The notes below the pieces were generated by a model that worked only from the letters and a program-made list of their open reading frames with translations, had not been told where the DNA came from and made no database searches. A stretch of DNA of 64,000 nt, taken from the NCBI GenBank assembly GCA_010356995.1, contig ML996690.1, positions 1,334,217 through 1,398,216 of the forward strand. The letters are read 5' to 3'. Made by a program: the position numbers and the translations under genes. The stretch comes from Trichodelitschia bisporula. Its lineage: Eukaryota. Of the stretch, positions 46,636-58,483 are shown piece after piece. The first letter of the stretch is position 1. The number at the start of each line of letters is the position of its first letter.

Positions 46636-49600
46636 TCAGCTGTCCGGGCGGGGGTTCGCCATGTCAGACGCCGTTGCGGAAACACACACGTTTTCGTCCT
46701 CCTGCTTCGACTCCCACTCCCGCTTTAGCCTCAACCCCAGATCCCGCCCAGGCAGCGGCAGTAGCGGCGGCAGCGTCAACTCCAGATCCTGCCCAAGCAG
46801 CGACCGCAGTGGCGGCAACCTCAATTCCAGATCCCGCTCAGGCAGCGACAGCAGCGATGGCAGCTTCGGACCCTGTTCGGTCAGCCACTCCGGATCCCGC
46901 CCGTGCCGCGGCGGCGGCGGCGACGGCAATGGCAGCAGCAGCATCCGCAGCGGCGGCGGCATCGGCGGCCCCTTGGACGGTGGCGGCGGCCACTTCCGAT
47001 TCCGTTCGGACGGCCATCCCGGATCCTACCCGAGCAGCGGCGGTTGGATACCCACTTCATCCACATCCACACCCTTTTTATCGCTACTCTCTTCATAGCT
47101 ACTCTCTTCATCGCTACTCTCTTTTTCTCTCCCCAGATGATCCCATATCCCCCTCTGATCATACCTCAAAAGTGCCCACACTTTCTCATCCTGTACAACC
47201 AAGAATGTGCACCAATCAGGCAATGTTGCGACTCCGTCGCGTTCGTTGAGCCATGCCCGACCTTTATTGCTAGACAGTTCACCAGCTGGCCAATCTTCAG
47301 GATCATCTCCGGGCTCATTTGTAAGATTCGTACAACTGACGTATTCCCCATCACCCCAAGATGTTAGCGAGACCTTGATCCCCCGAGGTCCGTTGAGTGT
47401 GTCGAGATAACAAAGGAGAATCTTATCGGGAATCGCTTTGTCCCCATCAAACTTCAAGTCGACTCTGTCGGTTGCATAGAGTAGCCAATAGCGGGTCATA
47501 TCTACTACTCGGGGAAGAGCGGACCGATTGTTTTTCTTAGCGAAGAGCCTCTTGAGCTTGTGAGACGGGATGGTGTCTAAGATTTGCAGCAGCCACGTGA
47601 TAGCGTCAAACCTGCAGTACAGATCAAAACCACGGACGATGGACTCGAAAAGGTGGGCGAGCAGCCATGGATCCTTCTTCAGATCCAGACCGTTCGCCAC
47701 TTTCCACTCGAGGTAGGTCATGTCACCCCTGGCAGCCAGCATACACGGGACGGGCAGGGCACCGCCCTCCCCATCAAAAAAGGTGTCCACACGGTCCATA
47801 TGAATTTCAGGTCGCGAGACAGGTCGCCTGGAGGGGTATGGGGAATAATGATGCGTGTGATACCATCGGTGAAGCGTTTCATCAAGAGCCTTAAGGAACT
47901 CCAATGAAGAGGAGCTTGCAATGCCTTCGTCCAATAGTAGATCGAGATGGCAGCCGAGTTCAATACCCAAGTCAGAAGTGAGGAACATAGAGTAGCAACA
48001 GTCGGAATCGTAGGGGATCTCGGGAATATTGTGTTTCACTTCAGCGTGAAACGTCTGCATGATGATGTTCGTGCGTTCGTAGTGTGTACACCATTCCTCT
48101 ATGGTTTGCCGTGTTTCTTGCAACTTTGCGAAGTCAAATGCAGAGCGGTGGCAAAATTGAATAGCCTCCTGACAATGTATTCTCCAGGGCCTCATGCTCG
48201 AAGCCTCAACTTGGTACGTTTCAAGCAGTCCTTTGCACTCGCTCTTGAGCCGGACGCGTGCCCGTTCCAACCGGCCAGCGTAGTCGAATGGTTTTTTTTA
48301 CGGGTATCCAAGGTCCATGGCAAAGTTGTTGTCAGAACGGAAGTCCTCAATAAACGAGAACTTGAGAAGGGAAAATGGTATGCCGAAATCTCGCGACCTG
48401 ACCCATGCCGCGAAGGAGAGAGGTCGATATGCTGAAGGTGGATCGGGAACGGAGTTCAGGAGATGTTTGAACAGCTCCACCATATCCTGCGGCAAGGCGT
48501 CGACCTTCTGCTTGAGCTGGGCAAATGTATCCCAATCCGTAAGCCCTTTGCGCAATTCCGCTATCACGAGTCTCACCCAGAGCAAGACGCCCTGGGCCCT
48601 ATCCAACATAGTCCGGAGCAGAGACTCTTTCTCTTCATTGCGGAGTTTTTGAAAGACGAGCGGTCCGCGAGGACTAAACAATCGGTCGTGTACCACTTTC
48701 GACATGTCGTCCCTCGTCAGATCTTGCATTCGAAGGCGCTTTCCCTTGTCGAATCTCGTTTCGAAGACGCTGTCCTCTCTGCTAGACACACAGATCTTGA
48801 CAGAGGGATTCTTGCCCCAGTCGAGAAGCTCAGCAACCAAGTCATTGTAATCCTTGATAGTCGTTTGCTCAAATTCGTCAAGACCATCGATAAAGAAAAA
48901 GAAGCGGCGATGACGAAGCAGTTGCTCGTCCTTGAAAAGGGGTTGGAAGGCCTCACAAATATCGTCGTGATCGATATGCAAGTCACCTCGGATATGGGGG
49001 TCAAGGTTCACTACCTGACTCCACGCGTCCGGAAGTACGCGGGAAGTGGCATCGGGCCACTGCGAAAGAACGTCGTGAAGGAGTGAGCGGAACATCCCCT
49101 CAAGCGATTTTTGAGCCTTTGAGTCAGATCGCCAGAAAAAGAAATGGGCCCTGACGAGCTTATTTTGCTTTCCACACCAAATTTGGATATTTTCTGACGT
49201 GCGTGCATCCTTTGAAAGGTATTGGATGTGTGGACTTCCCGCTACCGAGTTTTCCCATGATGTGGAAGATACCAGATCCGAACTCCAACCATTTCACAAA
49301 AGTGACACCCTCCGCATCCACTGTTGTTTTGTCCTTGAAGATCCAGTGGAATGCATCTTCATATGCGCGTGCAGAATTGAGTATATCCGACCGCATGTTG
49401 ATTTCGGGAAATGCAAGGGCCTTGAGTATACGAGCATTCGCAATGTCTCTAAGCAGATCGTTCGGTATTTTGAGGAGACTGCGCAGCTGCGCTCCAGAGA
49501 CATTGCTACCATCTATACCGTCGATTTTGGTATTCAGTTCCTTCATCATTTCCAGGAAAGATGCAAGGCCCGTTTCGTTCCTTTTCGCCTGTCCAGCGAT

Positions 49601-50221
49601 GACGTCCAGCTGCTCCATGATCTTAGATCTGCTTTTCAGGTTGGACACACTATACCACATATGAGAGGGGTATCACCTCGCAAGCACCTCTATTTGCGTA
49701 TTAAGCTTGCTCTCACAGTTCTGCAGCCGTTTCAAAAGCGCTGCCTTTTCCTTCTCAAACCACATGTCTTGGACACGCTTGAAGGCTGCTTTGGGAATAT
49801 GTCGCTTCCGCCGGAGAGAGGCTATGAAGGAGTTTACTTTGGTCGTCGGGAACTTTTATTTAGGCTCCGCACTCGAAGGGCTCAGTGGAGGGGGGCCTGT
49901 GACCGCTTGCTGAGAATCCGAGCTCGTGAGGATCATCTTTTGAAGGAGAGTTGGTATGTCTTCCGCAGCTTTCTTGAGCTCTGCCGTGAGCTCACACATC
50001 GAGCGCTCCTCTTCGCTGGCCGCAGGGGAATTCGGGTTTCCGGACCCAACAATCTTCTCGCACCGATCAATGACATCGTCAATATCTTTCTGCAGTCGCG
50101 CATTATCCTCAGATCTGCCGTCCGCGAGGACCTGGCGAGTTAACATGACTGTCTTGGTGCTGATTGAGATGAACTGACAGATGCTCGCCACGAGCCCAAT
50201 TATCCCAAAGGCTTCAGCCAT
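46636..50221 (-). pseudogene. Fungal NLR-like NACHT/STAND protein with SesA/HeLo-like N-terminus, disrupted
   Basis: MAEAFGIIGLVASICQF N-terminal helix; FHWIF..WLEFGSGIFHIMGKLGSGKST (Walker A); FFFW; FFIDGLDE (Walker B); KICVSSRE; RAQGVLLWVRL. In-frame stops at 49856, 48298 and 47026, and a frameshift at ~49230. Confidence 0.88.
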
Positions 50222-50348
50222 GGCGCAAAGCTGTCGATATGGATGTGGATGAAAGTGCTAGGACGAAACGCAAAACTCAGGAAGAGCACAGCAGATGAAT
50301 CGTTGTGCACTCCGCCGGCACGATGAACTCGGGGGCTGCGGTCTGGTT

Positions 50349-51030
50349 AAACCCCGCATGGTGGTGTGGGCACTGTTGGTCGGCGTCCTAAAGTCTGCAT
50401 TAACATGCAGTTACCGGGGTGGGACACGCCCGATGGAGCCTTGTGGGGCGTAACATATCCTAATCGTCAGCAGCCTGCAGAAAAATGCTGTGTCCGTCAG
50501 TATGAACGCTCAAAGGGTATAGAAAATATTTCTTGGGAGAATCCGGTCGTGATGACTTTCATCTCATGGGATTAACCTCAAGGGTCGGCTTATGAACGGG
50601 TAAATGCCTTCGACATAGACCAGTTGTGTGTTGGGATGGTGGCGCATTACTTGCATGATCAGGCTGTGACATACGACGTAGTTGCGCTGTAGCTGGATCA
50701 AACCCCGCATGGTGTCGTGGACAACTGTGGTATGCTGGTCTACACCTCGATGCCTGCCTTACGTTGCATACCATGCGGTCCGGGGCTGGACGCGACCCGC
50801 GGAGTCTTGCGAGCACATCCTTATCACTGGTAGCCTGCGGTAGAAGGCCTGTGTCCGTCAGCATGAACGATGGAAGGGCAAAGGAATATTTCTTAAGACC
50901 ACTCCATCGTGACTGTTTCATCTCAAGACTCTAGGGGGCAGCTCACAGACGGGGAAATACCTTGGATATGGACGCGGTTCATGCCGGGGTAGTAGCACGT
51001 TACCTGCATGAGCAGCCTGGGACAGTATGC
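50349..51030. repeat. Degenerate direct tandem duplication, period ~350 bp
   Basis: AAACCCCGCATGGTG at 50349/50701; GTGTCCGTCAG.ATGAACG at ~50490/50851; TTTCATCTCA at ~50557/50915; TTAC.TGCATGA.CAG.CTG.GACA at ~50647/51000. Confidence 0.85.
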
Positions 51031-51669
51031 AAGATTGAAGGCATGTACTCACTCGAAATCGATCTGGAAAAGAATTATATGCCTGGGCAGAGCCGCTTCC
51101 TCATCTGCTGCGTGCGAAAGCAGACGTCGCGCGGAACTTCGGATCTTGACATAAGAGAACCCATATCCCTACCAGTCTCCAGCGCTCCAGGACTTTCGGA
51201 TGTTAGCATAGACAGTCGTGTTAGCGAGGAAGTGGTACTCATGGTACCTTGAATTGAAGTCCCACCCGCAACAGCACTTATGGTGCACAGCTTCCGAAGG
51301 CTACAGCTTGTGCCAACTCACACCCAAACCAACACTCAGACCCACCCATCTAATAAAGCAAATGTGACCAGACGAACACCACCACCCCGCCCGCCAACCC
51401 AGTCCGCAACCCAACGCTTGCCTCCACCGACGCAGCGCTATGCAACCCGGTTCCCTAATGACAGATGCAAACAGGACCCTATGGTGCCAAAAGGGGAAGC
51501 ACTAATTAACAGCCGAAAGGCATATGGCAAAGGAGAAGCTCAAATCCAAAACATACGGCGCTGCATATACGCCTAGGCCGTTACGTCGGAGCCACAGCGA
51601 TAGGTCCGCCCCTAAGATTCCATCTCACAGAAGCCAATATAAGGCGCAAATCGATATGTTCGTGCAAGT

Positions 51670-52685
51670 TCAGTTGGATTTGGCCAGTCGTCTCCGGCGC
51701 CGCTCTGCCACGTCGCCTTCAGCGAGCCACTTACTCGCCTTGACGAGTTGGACTACGTTAATGATCTGCTTCGCGAACATGACGGGGAAGGAGACGGCGG
51801 CAAGGATCCAAGGGACCGTGCTGTCGAGCTTGCTCGCCCTGCCACCACGTTAATATAGGAACGAAACCGTAAGATATGACACATACCTGGCCATCTCCAT
51901 GGCGCCAGCAGACCAAGGGTTGGTAAAGAGTAGCGACGGCTTCGGCGCCGCAGGACTTCCAGGCTGAAGTGATGAAGGTGCCTGTGGGGACGGCTGCAGC
52001 AAAGATGGAGAAAGCAGCGGCGAGGAAAAGGAAAGAAGATAGAGTGCAATGAAGAACATCTCGTTCATGAGGCAGAAGGTGAACAGCACTTTCTGGGCAG
52101 GTGTCAGTTAAGTCCTCTCGGTGGAACAGGGGTATGGACTACGCACATTGTTCGAGTAGTACTGGTTCAGAATCCAGCTCCTGCCTTGGTCGATCTTCTT
52201 ATGGCTTTGGCCGGATTCGCCCATGGACAGCGTCGCGTACATGTGCATGTAGTGGCTTGCTAGATCCAGACTGATGAGCCCCTGGAAGAGGATGCTCCAC
52301 CGTGGGAAAGCCGATGCCAGGAACACGAGCAGGCACGCCGTTGTGCAGCGGTCCGTAACCATATCCAGAACAGCGCCGAAACGTGTGCTTTGTTCAAACA
52401 GGCGCGCCGCGTAGCCGTCTAGGGCGTCCAGAAGGCAGGAGATCGAGTACAAGAGGCAGCAGGTGCGCGGATGAAGTGGCATGTAGTATAACGAAGCTAC
52501 TGCGAGCACGATACGGAAGTAACCTGTAATCGTCAGCGTCCACTTCAAAGTTCGCCGTCGGAGTACGTACCAATCAGGTTTGGAATGAAGACGAAGATAT
52601 TCTCATGAACCTCCTCTTGCGGTGCAGGGCTTCGCGACTTTTTGATGGAGCCGTTGCCATTGCCACGATTTCTTGATCCCGCCAT
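51670..52685 (-). CDS. PIS1: CDP-diacylglycerol--inositol 3-phosphatidyltransferase (3 introns)
   Basis: ENIFVFIPNLIGY, CDP-alcohol phosphotransferase motif DALDGYAAR..QSTRFGAVLDMVTDR, SHYMHMYA. Confidence 0.96.
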
Positions 52686-53436
52686 TGTTGAGTATATAGA
52701 TGCTGCTATGCGACACTGACGGAGAACTCTCTTTGTTGGGCGTGGATCGGTCGCGATGCTCAGGCTGCAAATACCGGACAGGGGCGGAAGAGTCGGCTTG
52801 CAGTGTGTGGGGTACCTGTCGATCGCTGGATGTGGCGGAAAGACCAACAATGTCGACTGGGAAAGCCACGAGAAAGATAGGTTGTTGTGAGAGGTCCTAC
52901 GGCGCAACAGAAGTGTTGAGTAAGGCACTGGGACCTGAAAGGTTGGAAGTCACCCTGGCTAGCAATGCTGGATCCGTCGATAAGCCGATAACAGGGGGGA
53001 AGGTGTCCGCAGATGGAGGAAACGCGCAACAAGGTCAGACGCACGTAATCGGGCGGACCAAGAATAGCAGGCGAGAGAAAAAGCGGACAGTTTCAAGGAG
53101 CGACTTTGATTCAAAGGAACGGTCCTTGGGGATGAAGAGAAGAGAAAAGAAGGCCTGGGTACAGTATGGCTGGAGTGGTGGACGATATTTCTCGAGGGAG
53201 ACGCGTTTGTAAGAGTGCCTTGCGTGGCTCATTGAGGCCCGTGCTCAGGAGAAGGGCCTGGTACTCACGTGATTAGGGGGGGGGGACGTTACTTGTAGGC
53301 TTGCTGGGATGATATATAACAAGACTCTTGCAAGCTCTATTAATCTTGGCACATTGAGCCCGCATACTTTGGTACAACTACATGCAAAAAGCAGCTCAGA
53401 CTATATGAGATCCGGCGCCAACCCTACGCCCCCACA

Positions 53437-55815
53437 CTAAACCTCTGATTTCTCCGCCCCATCAAGCGTAACCATGCTTGAGTTTTGATCCCACCCATTG
53501 TCTGCCTTCAGCTTGAAAGGGTACGCAATCCCATCGTACGTCGGCCGCGTTGTCCCGTTCTGACTCTCAGGTATAACCGTACCCTGACCTCCGATCAGTG
53601 CCGGCGGTAATGGCGTGGTAGTATCGGGCCGTGACTGTGCCGCAGAAGCTGGCGTCAGGCGGGATACGCCTGCTTCATCCACTTTGGGCGCCTGACCCAT
53701 ATCCGAGACGGTTCGGAGATGGCCCGGATGCTTCGGCCTCGACGCCGAGCGGGCACGCGAGCGTGAGCGGCTCCGTCCAGGCTTCGGGGGTTCGTCGCGT
53801 TGCTGCACTGTCAGTATGACGTTGTACATAAGGAGCGGGTAACTTACGGCCATCTTGTCAAAGTTGCTGCCCCACCCACTCCACAGACTCAACCCCCAGC
53901 TGCGCTTGATCTTCGCGAGCCGTGGCATATCTTTGGTGCGGCGGCCTGCAAGCGCAGAAGGCGGGGGCCTTTCGCCAGGTAATAGGCCAACATATCCGTC
54001 CTTGACTTGCAGTGCCAACTTAGCCTGTAGTCGCGTTTTCGTCGAGGCAAATCGCTTGTTCCATTGTGCTTGACGAGCAAGCCACTTACGCACAGGGATT
54101 TCCTTGAGAGTGCCTATTTCCTCAGGCTGAAGTTGTAGCGCTGGAAGTTCAGCAGCCGGGGCGAGGGGGTGGATCTTGCCATGCCGGTCCACTCTCTGAC
54201 GGATCATGTGCCGTCCGAACGGAGGGAGAGGATCACCAGCTACGCCTACTGCCTTTTCGGATTGTCCACTGCCACTCTTGGGCTCAGGGTCAGAGTCCTC
54301 TGCGCTTTCGGTGTCGCTGTCTGAGAAATCATCCTCAGGGATATCAATCGGTCGGTTCTGCGCGCGCGCAAGTGCCCACGCGCCGAATTGCGCTACGCTG
54401 CGGTACATGTACTTCGCAGGACGCGTCCAGCTGAGCGTGTGACCGACGTGGCAAAGATCCTCCCATACTTGGAGCTGCACGTCCGTCGGGGGATACTTGG
54501 AGATCACCTGCCGGTGCGGATCGTACTTATCCAGAGTCTCGTTACTGGGAGGATATGCGGTTGGGTTAGCGGCTTTATGAGCGATATAAATCTGCTCATC
54601 CCGGAGCATTTCGCCGCCACCGACCTGGATGAGTAGAGGGGGCAAGCCGCCCAGCGAAGGCTGAAGCACAGGCGAGACGAGCGGGTGCGACAAAAGATGA
54701 TTTGGCGCATATATTTGGATCTGATCGCGAATCTGCACGATCTTGCCGTCGAGCTCCAGCGAAGGTATGTGTGGTGAATCGTCATCATCGACGTCAGCGG
54801 GATACGAAATAGAGAATCCGCGTTCAGCATTGAGATCAGCATCAGCTCGTGATTCTGCAGCTGCAGCTGCAAGACCGCTGGGCATAGAGTCCGATTTTTT
54901 ATCCTCCATAGTCGGTGGCGGCCAGGCTACTGACGGCTTGTGGATGAAGCCGTGGCTGGGGATATAGTCGAGCCGGCCATCGCCCGCTATGCTTGGGAAA
55001 GAGTGCATCAGGTCAACCCAGGGCGAAATTAGAATAGCACCGGCAGGAAGTGGGATGCCCTGATTACGGAGTACAATGAGCAGACTCAACGCCATACCGC
55101 CTCCCGCAGAGTCGCCGGCGACAATGATGCTCGACGGATCGTGCTCTTCAATGAGATGTAGATACGTCGCCAGACAATCGTGCAGGCCACAAGGGAATGG
55201 AAATTGGGGTGCGAGGCGGTATCGAGGTGCCAGACAGCGTGCCTTGAGCTTGCGTGCATGGCGTTGGATCTGATAGCGGTGCTCGTCGACGCTGCCAAAG
55301 TAGTAGGCGCCACCGTGGATGTACATCATGATGCGCGTCCCTTGCTCGCCATTGGCCTTGCGCTCTTGGTAGTCTTTGCGCATTTCGATCCATTCCGCCT
55401 TCAATGGTGTGTTCTCGCGGCGCCACTGCCACCATTGCCGGCCGCCAACCTGCTTTATACCATGTGATCCGAGCTCAGCCTGGAGGCATTCGGCACCTTT
55501 GAGGATGTGCCGTTCGGGAATGTCGACATCCTTGGTATAAACCCAGTGCGGAGCTGGAACCCATTGACTGGTGAAGGCTTGTAGTTCTTCGACTGTGTGA
55601 TAGGCCGACTCGAGGATAAACTTGCGGACGAGGTTGAGACCGACATGGTATGAAATGTGCGCCGTCGGCTTCTGCCTTAGCGGTTTGCGATTGAGATACT
55701 GCAAACTATCAGCATTGATAAGGACGCCATTGTCAGATCCACACACATGAGAGACGGAGGTCTCAATGACAGTTGGAGTGACGGCCGCGCCGACCGAAAT
55801 GGTATTCAGAACCAT
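53437..55815 (-). CDS. Alpha/beta-hydrolase (Abhydrolase_3, HSL-like lipase/esterase)
   Basis: YIHGGAY, YRLAPQFPFPCGLHD, GDSAGG nucleophile elbow, ISPWVD, LPPLLIQVG; probable short in-frame introns. Confidence 0.92.
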   Translation of the reverse strand: MVLNTISVGAAVTPTVIETSVSHVCGSDNGVLINADSLQYLNRKPLRQKPTAHISYHVGLNLVRKFILESAYHTVEELQAFTSQWVPAPHWVYTKDVDIPERHILKGAECLQAELGSHGIKQVGGRQWWQWRRENTPLKAEWIEMRKDYQERKANGEQGTRIMMYIHGGAYYFGSVDEHRYQIQRHARKLKARCLAPRYRLAPQFPFPCGLHDCLATYLHLIEEHDPSSIIVAGDSAGGGMALSLLIVLRNQGIPLPAGAILISPWVDLMHSFPSIAGDGRLDYIPSHGFIHKPSVAWPPPTMEDKKSDSMPSGLAAAAAESRADADLNAERGFSISYPADVDDDDSPHIPSLELDGKIVQIRDQIQIYAPNHLLSHPLVSPVLQPSLGGLPPLLIQVGGGEMLRDEQIYIAHKAANPTAYPPSNETLDKYDPHRQVISKYPPTDVQLQVWEDLCHVGHTLSWTRPAKYMYRSVAQFGAWALARAQNRPIDIPEDDFSDSDTESAEDSDPEPKSGSGQSEKAVGVAGDPLPPFGRHMIRQRVDRHGKIHPLAPAAELPALQLQPEEIGTLKEIPVRKWLARQAQWNKRFASTKTRLQAKLALQVKDGYVGLLPGERPPPSALAGRRTKDMPRLAKIKRSWGLSLWSGWGSNFDKMAVSYPLLMYNVILTVQQRDEPPKPGRSRSRSRARSASRPKHPGHLRTVSDMGQAPKVDEAGVSRLTPASAAQSRPDTTTPLPPALIGGQGTVIPESQNGTTRPTYDGIAYPFKLKADNGWDQNSSMVTLDGAEKSEV

Positions 55816-56154
55816 GATGCCCGGACGGATTCTAGAGATGTGCGCAGCATAGTTCAAGACGAAGCACAAGGGCCAGTGACTAAACACAAAGAATGAAGAA
55901 AACAATCGTTGTCAGAAGAATTGGGCAAATGCTGAGTGAGCGATCACTGTAGCTTGGGACAAATACTTGGCCGTCGATGTCGATCGCAGCCCTGTCTCTC
56001 CCAATCCCGCCATTCTACAAGGAGTCTTCTGGGCATCCGTCACTGCACTGGATCGCCCCATGAAGCTTGGCTCTGTGGCGCAAAAACTTATCTCGAGCGC
56101 CGCATTTCTTCTCCCCGTACCGCTGCAACGCTCGCAGACCGCCGCAAAGACAAC

Positions 56155-56778
56155 ATGCTCGCATTGGGCCAGGCGAGTAGCGATGCGCCAGCTCCCAGTG
56201 CAGGTACATACATATTCATGCGTGCATCCACGGCTTGTCTAACATCAGCAGCGCAGAAGCAGGCTAAATTCGAACTCGGAGTATGGCTTGCTCTCTACAA
56301 CTGGGACGCGCTGAATGCAGCCATTCAACACGGCTTCTCGGAAGACAATGAGGACCCCGAGGACAAACGTGACTGGTTTGCGGGCGCCATCTGCGAACTC
56401 TTCGAGGAGGATTCCAACACAGAGATCGAGGACGTCGAGTTCCGCTTGCTGCAGATTATGGAGGACGAGTTCAGCACGCGGGTTGAGGATGAGAGCACCG
56501 AACTGCTGCCCGGCTTCATCATGTTGTTGTGGCGCCAGACGCGCGACGGATACTTTAAGACAGTGGACGACTTGCAAGCGCGCTGGGAGAGCGAAAAGGG
56601 AAACCGGGAAACGGTTATGGCAAAGGCAAAGTCAGGGTCGGACGATGAATCGGAGACTGATGAAGACGAGGATGAGGATGTTGACATGGACGAGGCGCCG
56701 CAACTCGTGCCTCGACAGCGGGTGGAGCCCGAGGTCGACGAAGATGGCTTCACCAAGGTGCTGCGGAAGAAGCGGTAG
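56155..56778 (+). CDS. TSR2: Pre-rRNA processing protein Tsr2
   Basis: FELGV..WDALNAAI, DKRDWFAGAI, LLQIMEDEF..VEDES, acidic tail, DEDGFTKV..KKR. Confidence 0.88.
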   Translation: MLALGQASSDAPAPSAGTYIFMRASTACLTSAAQKQAKFELGVWLALYNWDALNAAIQHGFSEDNEDPEDKRDWFAGAICELFEEDSNTEIEDVEFRLLQIMEDEFSTRVEDESTELLPGFIMLLWRQTRDGYFKTVDDLQARWESEKGNRETVMAKAKSGSDDESETDEDEDEDVDMDEAPQLVPRQRVEPEVDEDGFTKVLRKKR

Positions 56779-57044
56779 TGGGGTAGCCAGCGTAATCAGG
56801 CTTCATGACAATGGACTATTGCTACTGTAGGTGTGATGAGAAGCTCGTGACAAACCGACGTGGTCTTTCAAACCCGAAGTCAATTTCTGCCTCAGGCGTG
56901 CCAAGACTCCGTGGCATCACAAGCTAGAACCGCAGATGGAGTTGCTGCGCGTACAACTTCAACGCTACCCAACAACCAACACCGTTACCACCAAGCTTCT
57001 CCGCTGATCCCTCGTCTCCATAATCTCTCCTGTTCTTTGTCGCT

Positions 57045-58155
57045 ATGCATCGGCCAACGTACGCAAACCCACCGCCTGCGCACTCTCCCCCCCTTCACCA
57101 CCCTGTTCCGCAACACGTCTCCTCAGTCCCTCACCTCCGCTCTCCACCGCCTCCGCAGTCGCAATCCCAACCACAACAACATTATGGCTATCCTACGGGC
57201 GCCGCGCCTGCTCCCAGCGCAGGTGGTGCGTATATCCACCCCGGATTCGGCGGCTTTATGAGCGATCCGACGGCGCAGATGGGCTTCCAGGTTGGCAAGA
57301 GCGCGGTAATGGCTGGGCAGGAGTACGTGGAGCAAAACGTGAGACGCTTCCCCATATGTAACAAGAATGAGGGCTAACAGTACTAGTTCAACCGCTATGT
57401 TAATGTCTCGGCCCTGAAACACTACTTCAATGTCTCCAACTCCTACGTCATCAACAAGCTGTTCCTCGTGCTGTTCCCCTGGAGGCACCGACCGTGGTCC
57501 CGTCAGCAGCGCCTCTCACACAACGGTCAGGATGGGTTCTTCCTACCTCCGCGCGAGGACGTCAACAGCCCGGACATGTACATTCCGGTCATGGCGTTCG
57601 TGACGTACATCTTACTGTCAACACTGTTGGCGGGTCTGCACGGCGCATTCCACCCGGAGCTGCTAGGTTCAGCGGCGACTTACGCGTTCTTGGTTGTTGT
57701 ATTCGAGATCCTTGTCATCAAGCTGGCCATCTATCTCCTCGGCATTAACTCTGAGTCGCAGTTGTTGGACCTGCTTGCTTACTCTGGCTACAAGTTCGTG
57801 GGCATCATCGTCACGCTAACGGCGACGGAGATGCTGGGTGGCATGGGTCGCAGTGGCTTCATCGGCCTGGCAGTGTTCTTCTATACGTATCAGGCCAATG
57901 CTTTCTTCCTGGTACGTGCCCCGTCAAGAAATTCAGACCAAACTAACCAGCCAGCTCCGCTCCCTGAAATACGTCCTCCTCCCCGACCATTCTCCCAGCC
58001 AAGGTGGGAACGTCTTCCTCCCTGACTCGGCACCCAACACCGGCAGTAACGTGCCCTATACGGTCAGCCGCACCCAACGCCAGAACCGCAGCTACTTCCT
58101 TTTCCTCTACTCGTATGGCGTGCAACTCTTCTTCATGTGGATCTTGAGCCGCTGA
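57045..58155 (+). CDS. YIF1: ER-Golgi transport protein Yif1/Hrf1 (2 introns)
   Basis: LKHYFNVSNSYVINKLFLVLFPW, PPREDVNSPDMYIPVMAFVTYIL, DLLAYSGYKFV, LRSLKYVLL. Confidence 0.95.
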
Positions 58156-58483
58156 GTTCAGTGCTTCTTTTTTGGTGATAGATAGGAGGGCTAGCCAGAC
58201 GGACGGATAGTGGGGATGAATGTGAAGATGTACATGACCAACGGAACTTTCCAATCTCTGTCAGGCAGAGAATGCTGCTGCTTTTATTGGCATGTTCAGG
58301 TCCACATGGATGAGCGAGATACCCCTTGCATGGCTAGTAATCGACGTATCAGGATGACGGGCCTGCGTCCGATGACTTGCTTTACGCGGCCATGATGATT
58401 ACGGGGTATTCAGGCGAACAAGCGATGGTCTTGAAGGCGACACTCATTGTACATAGCAGCTCACTGTAGCAAGCGCACTACAG

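Noticed and set aside
46250..51600. NLR plus adjacent amyloid/HeLo effector signalling pair
   Set aside because: No N/G/Q-rich amyloid motif and no neighbouring effector ORF could be found, and the NLR itself is disrupted.
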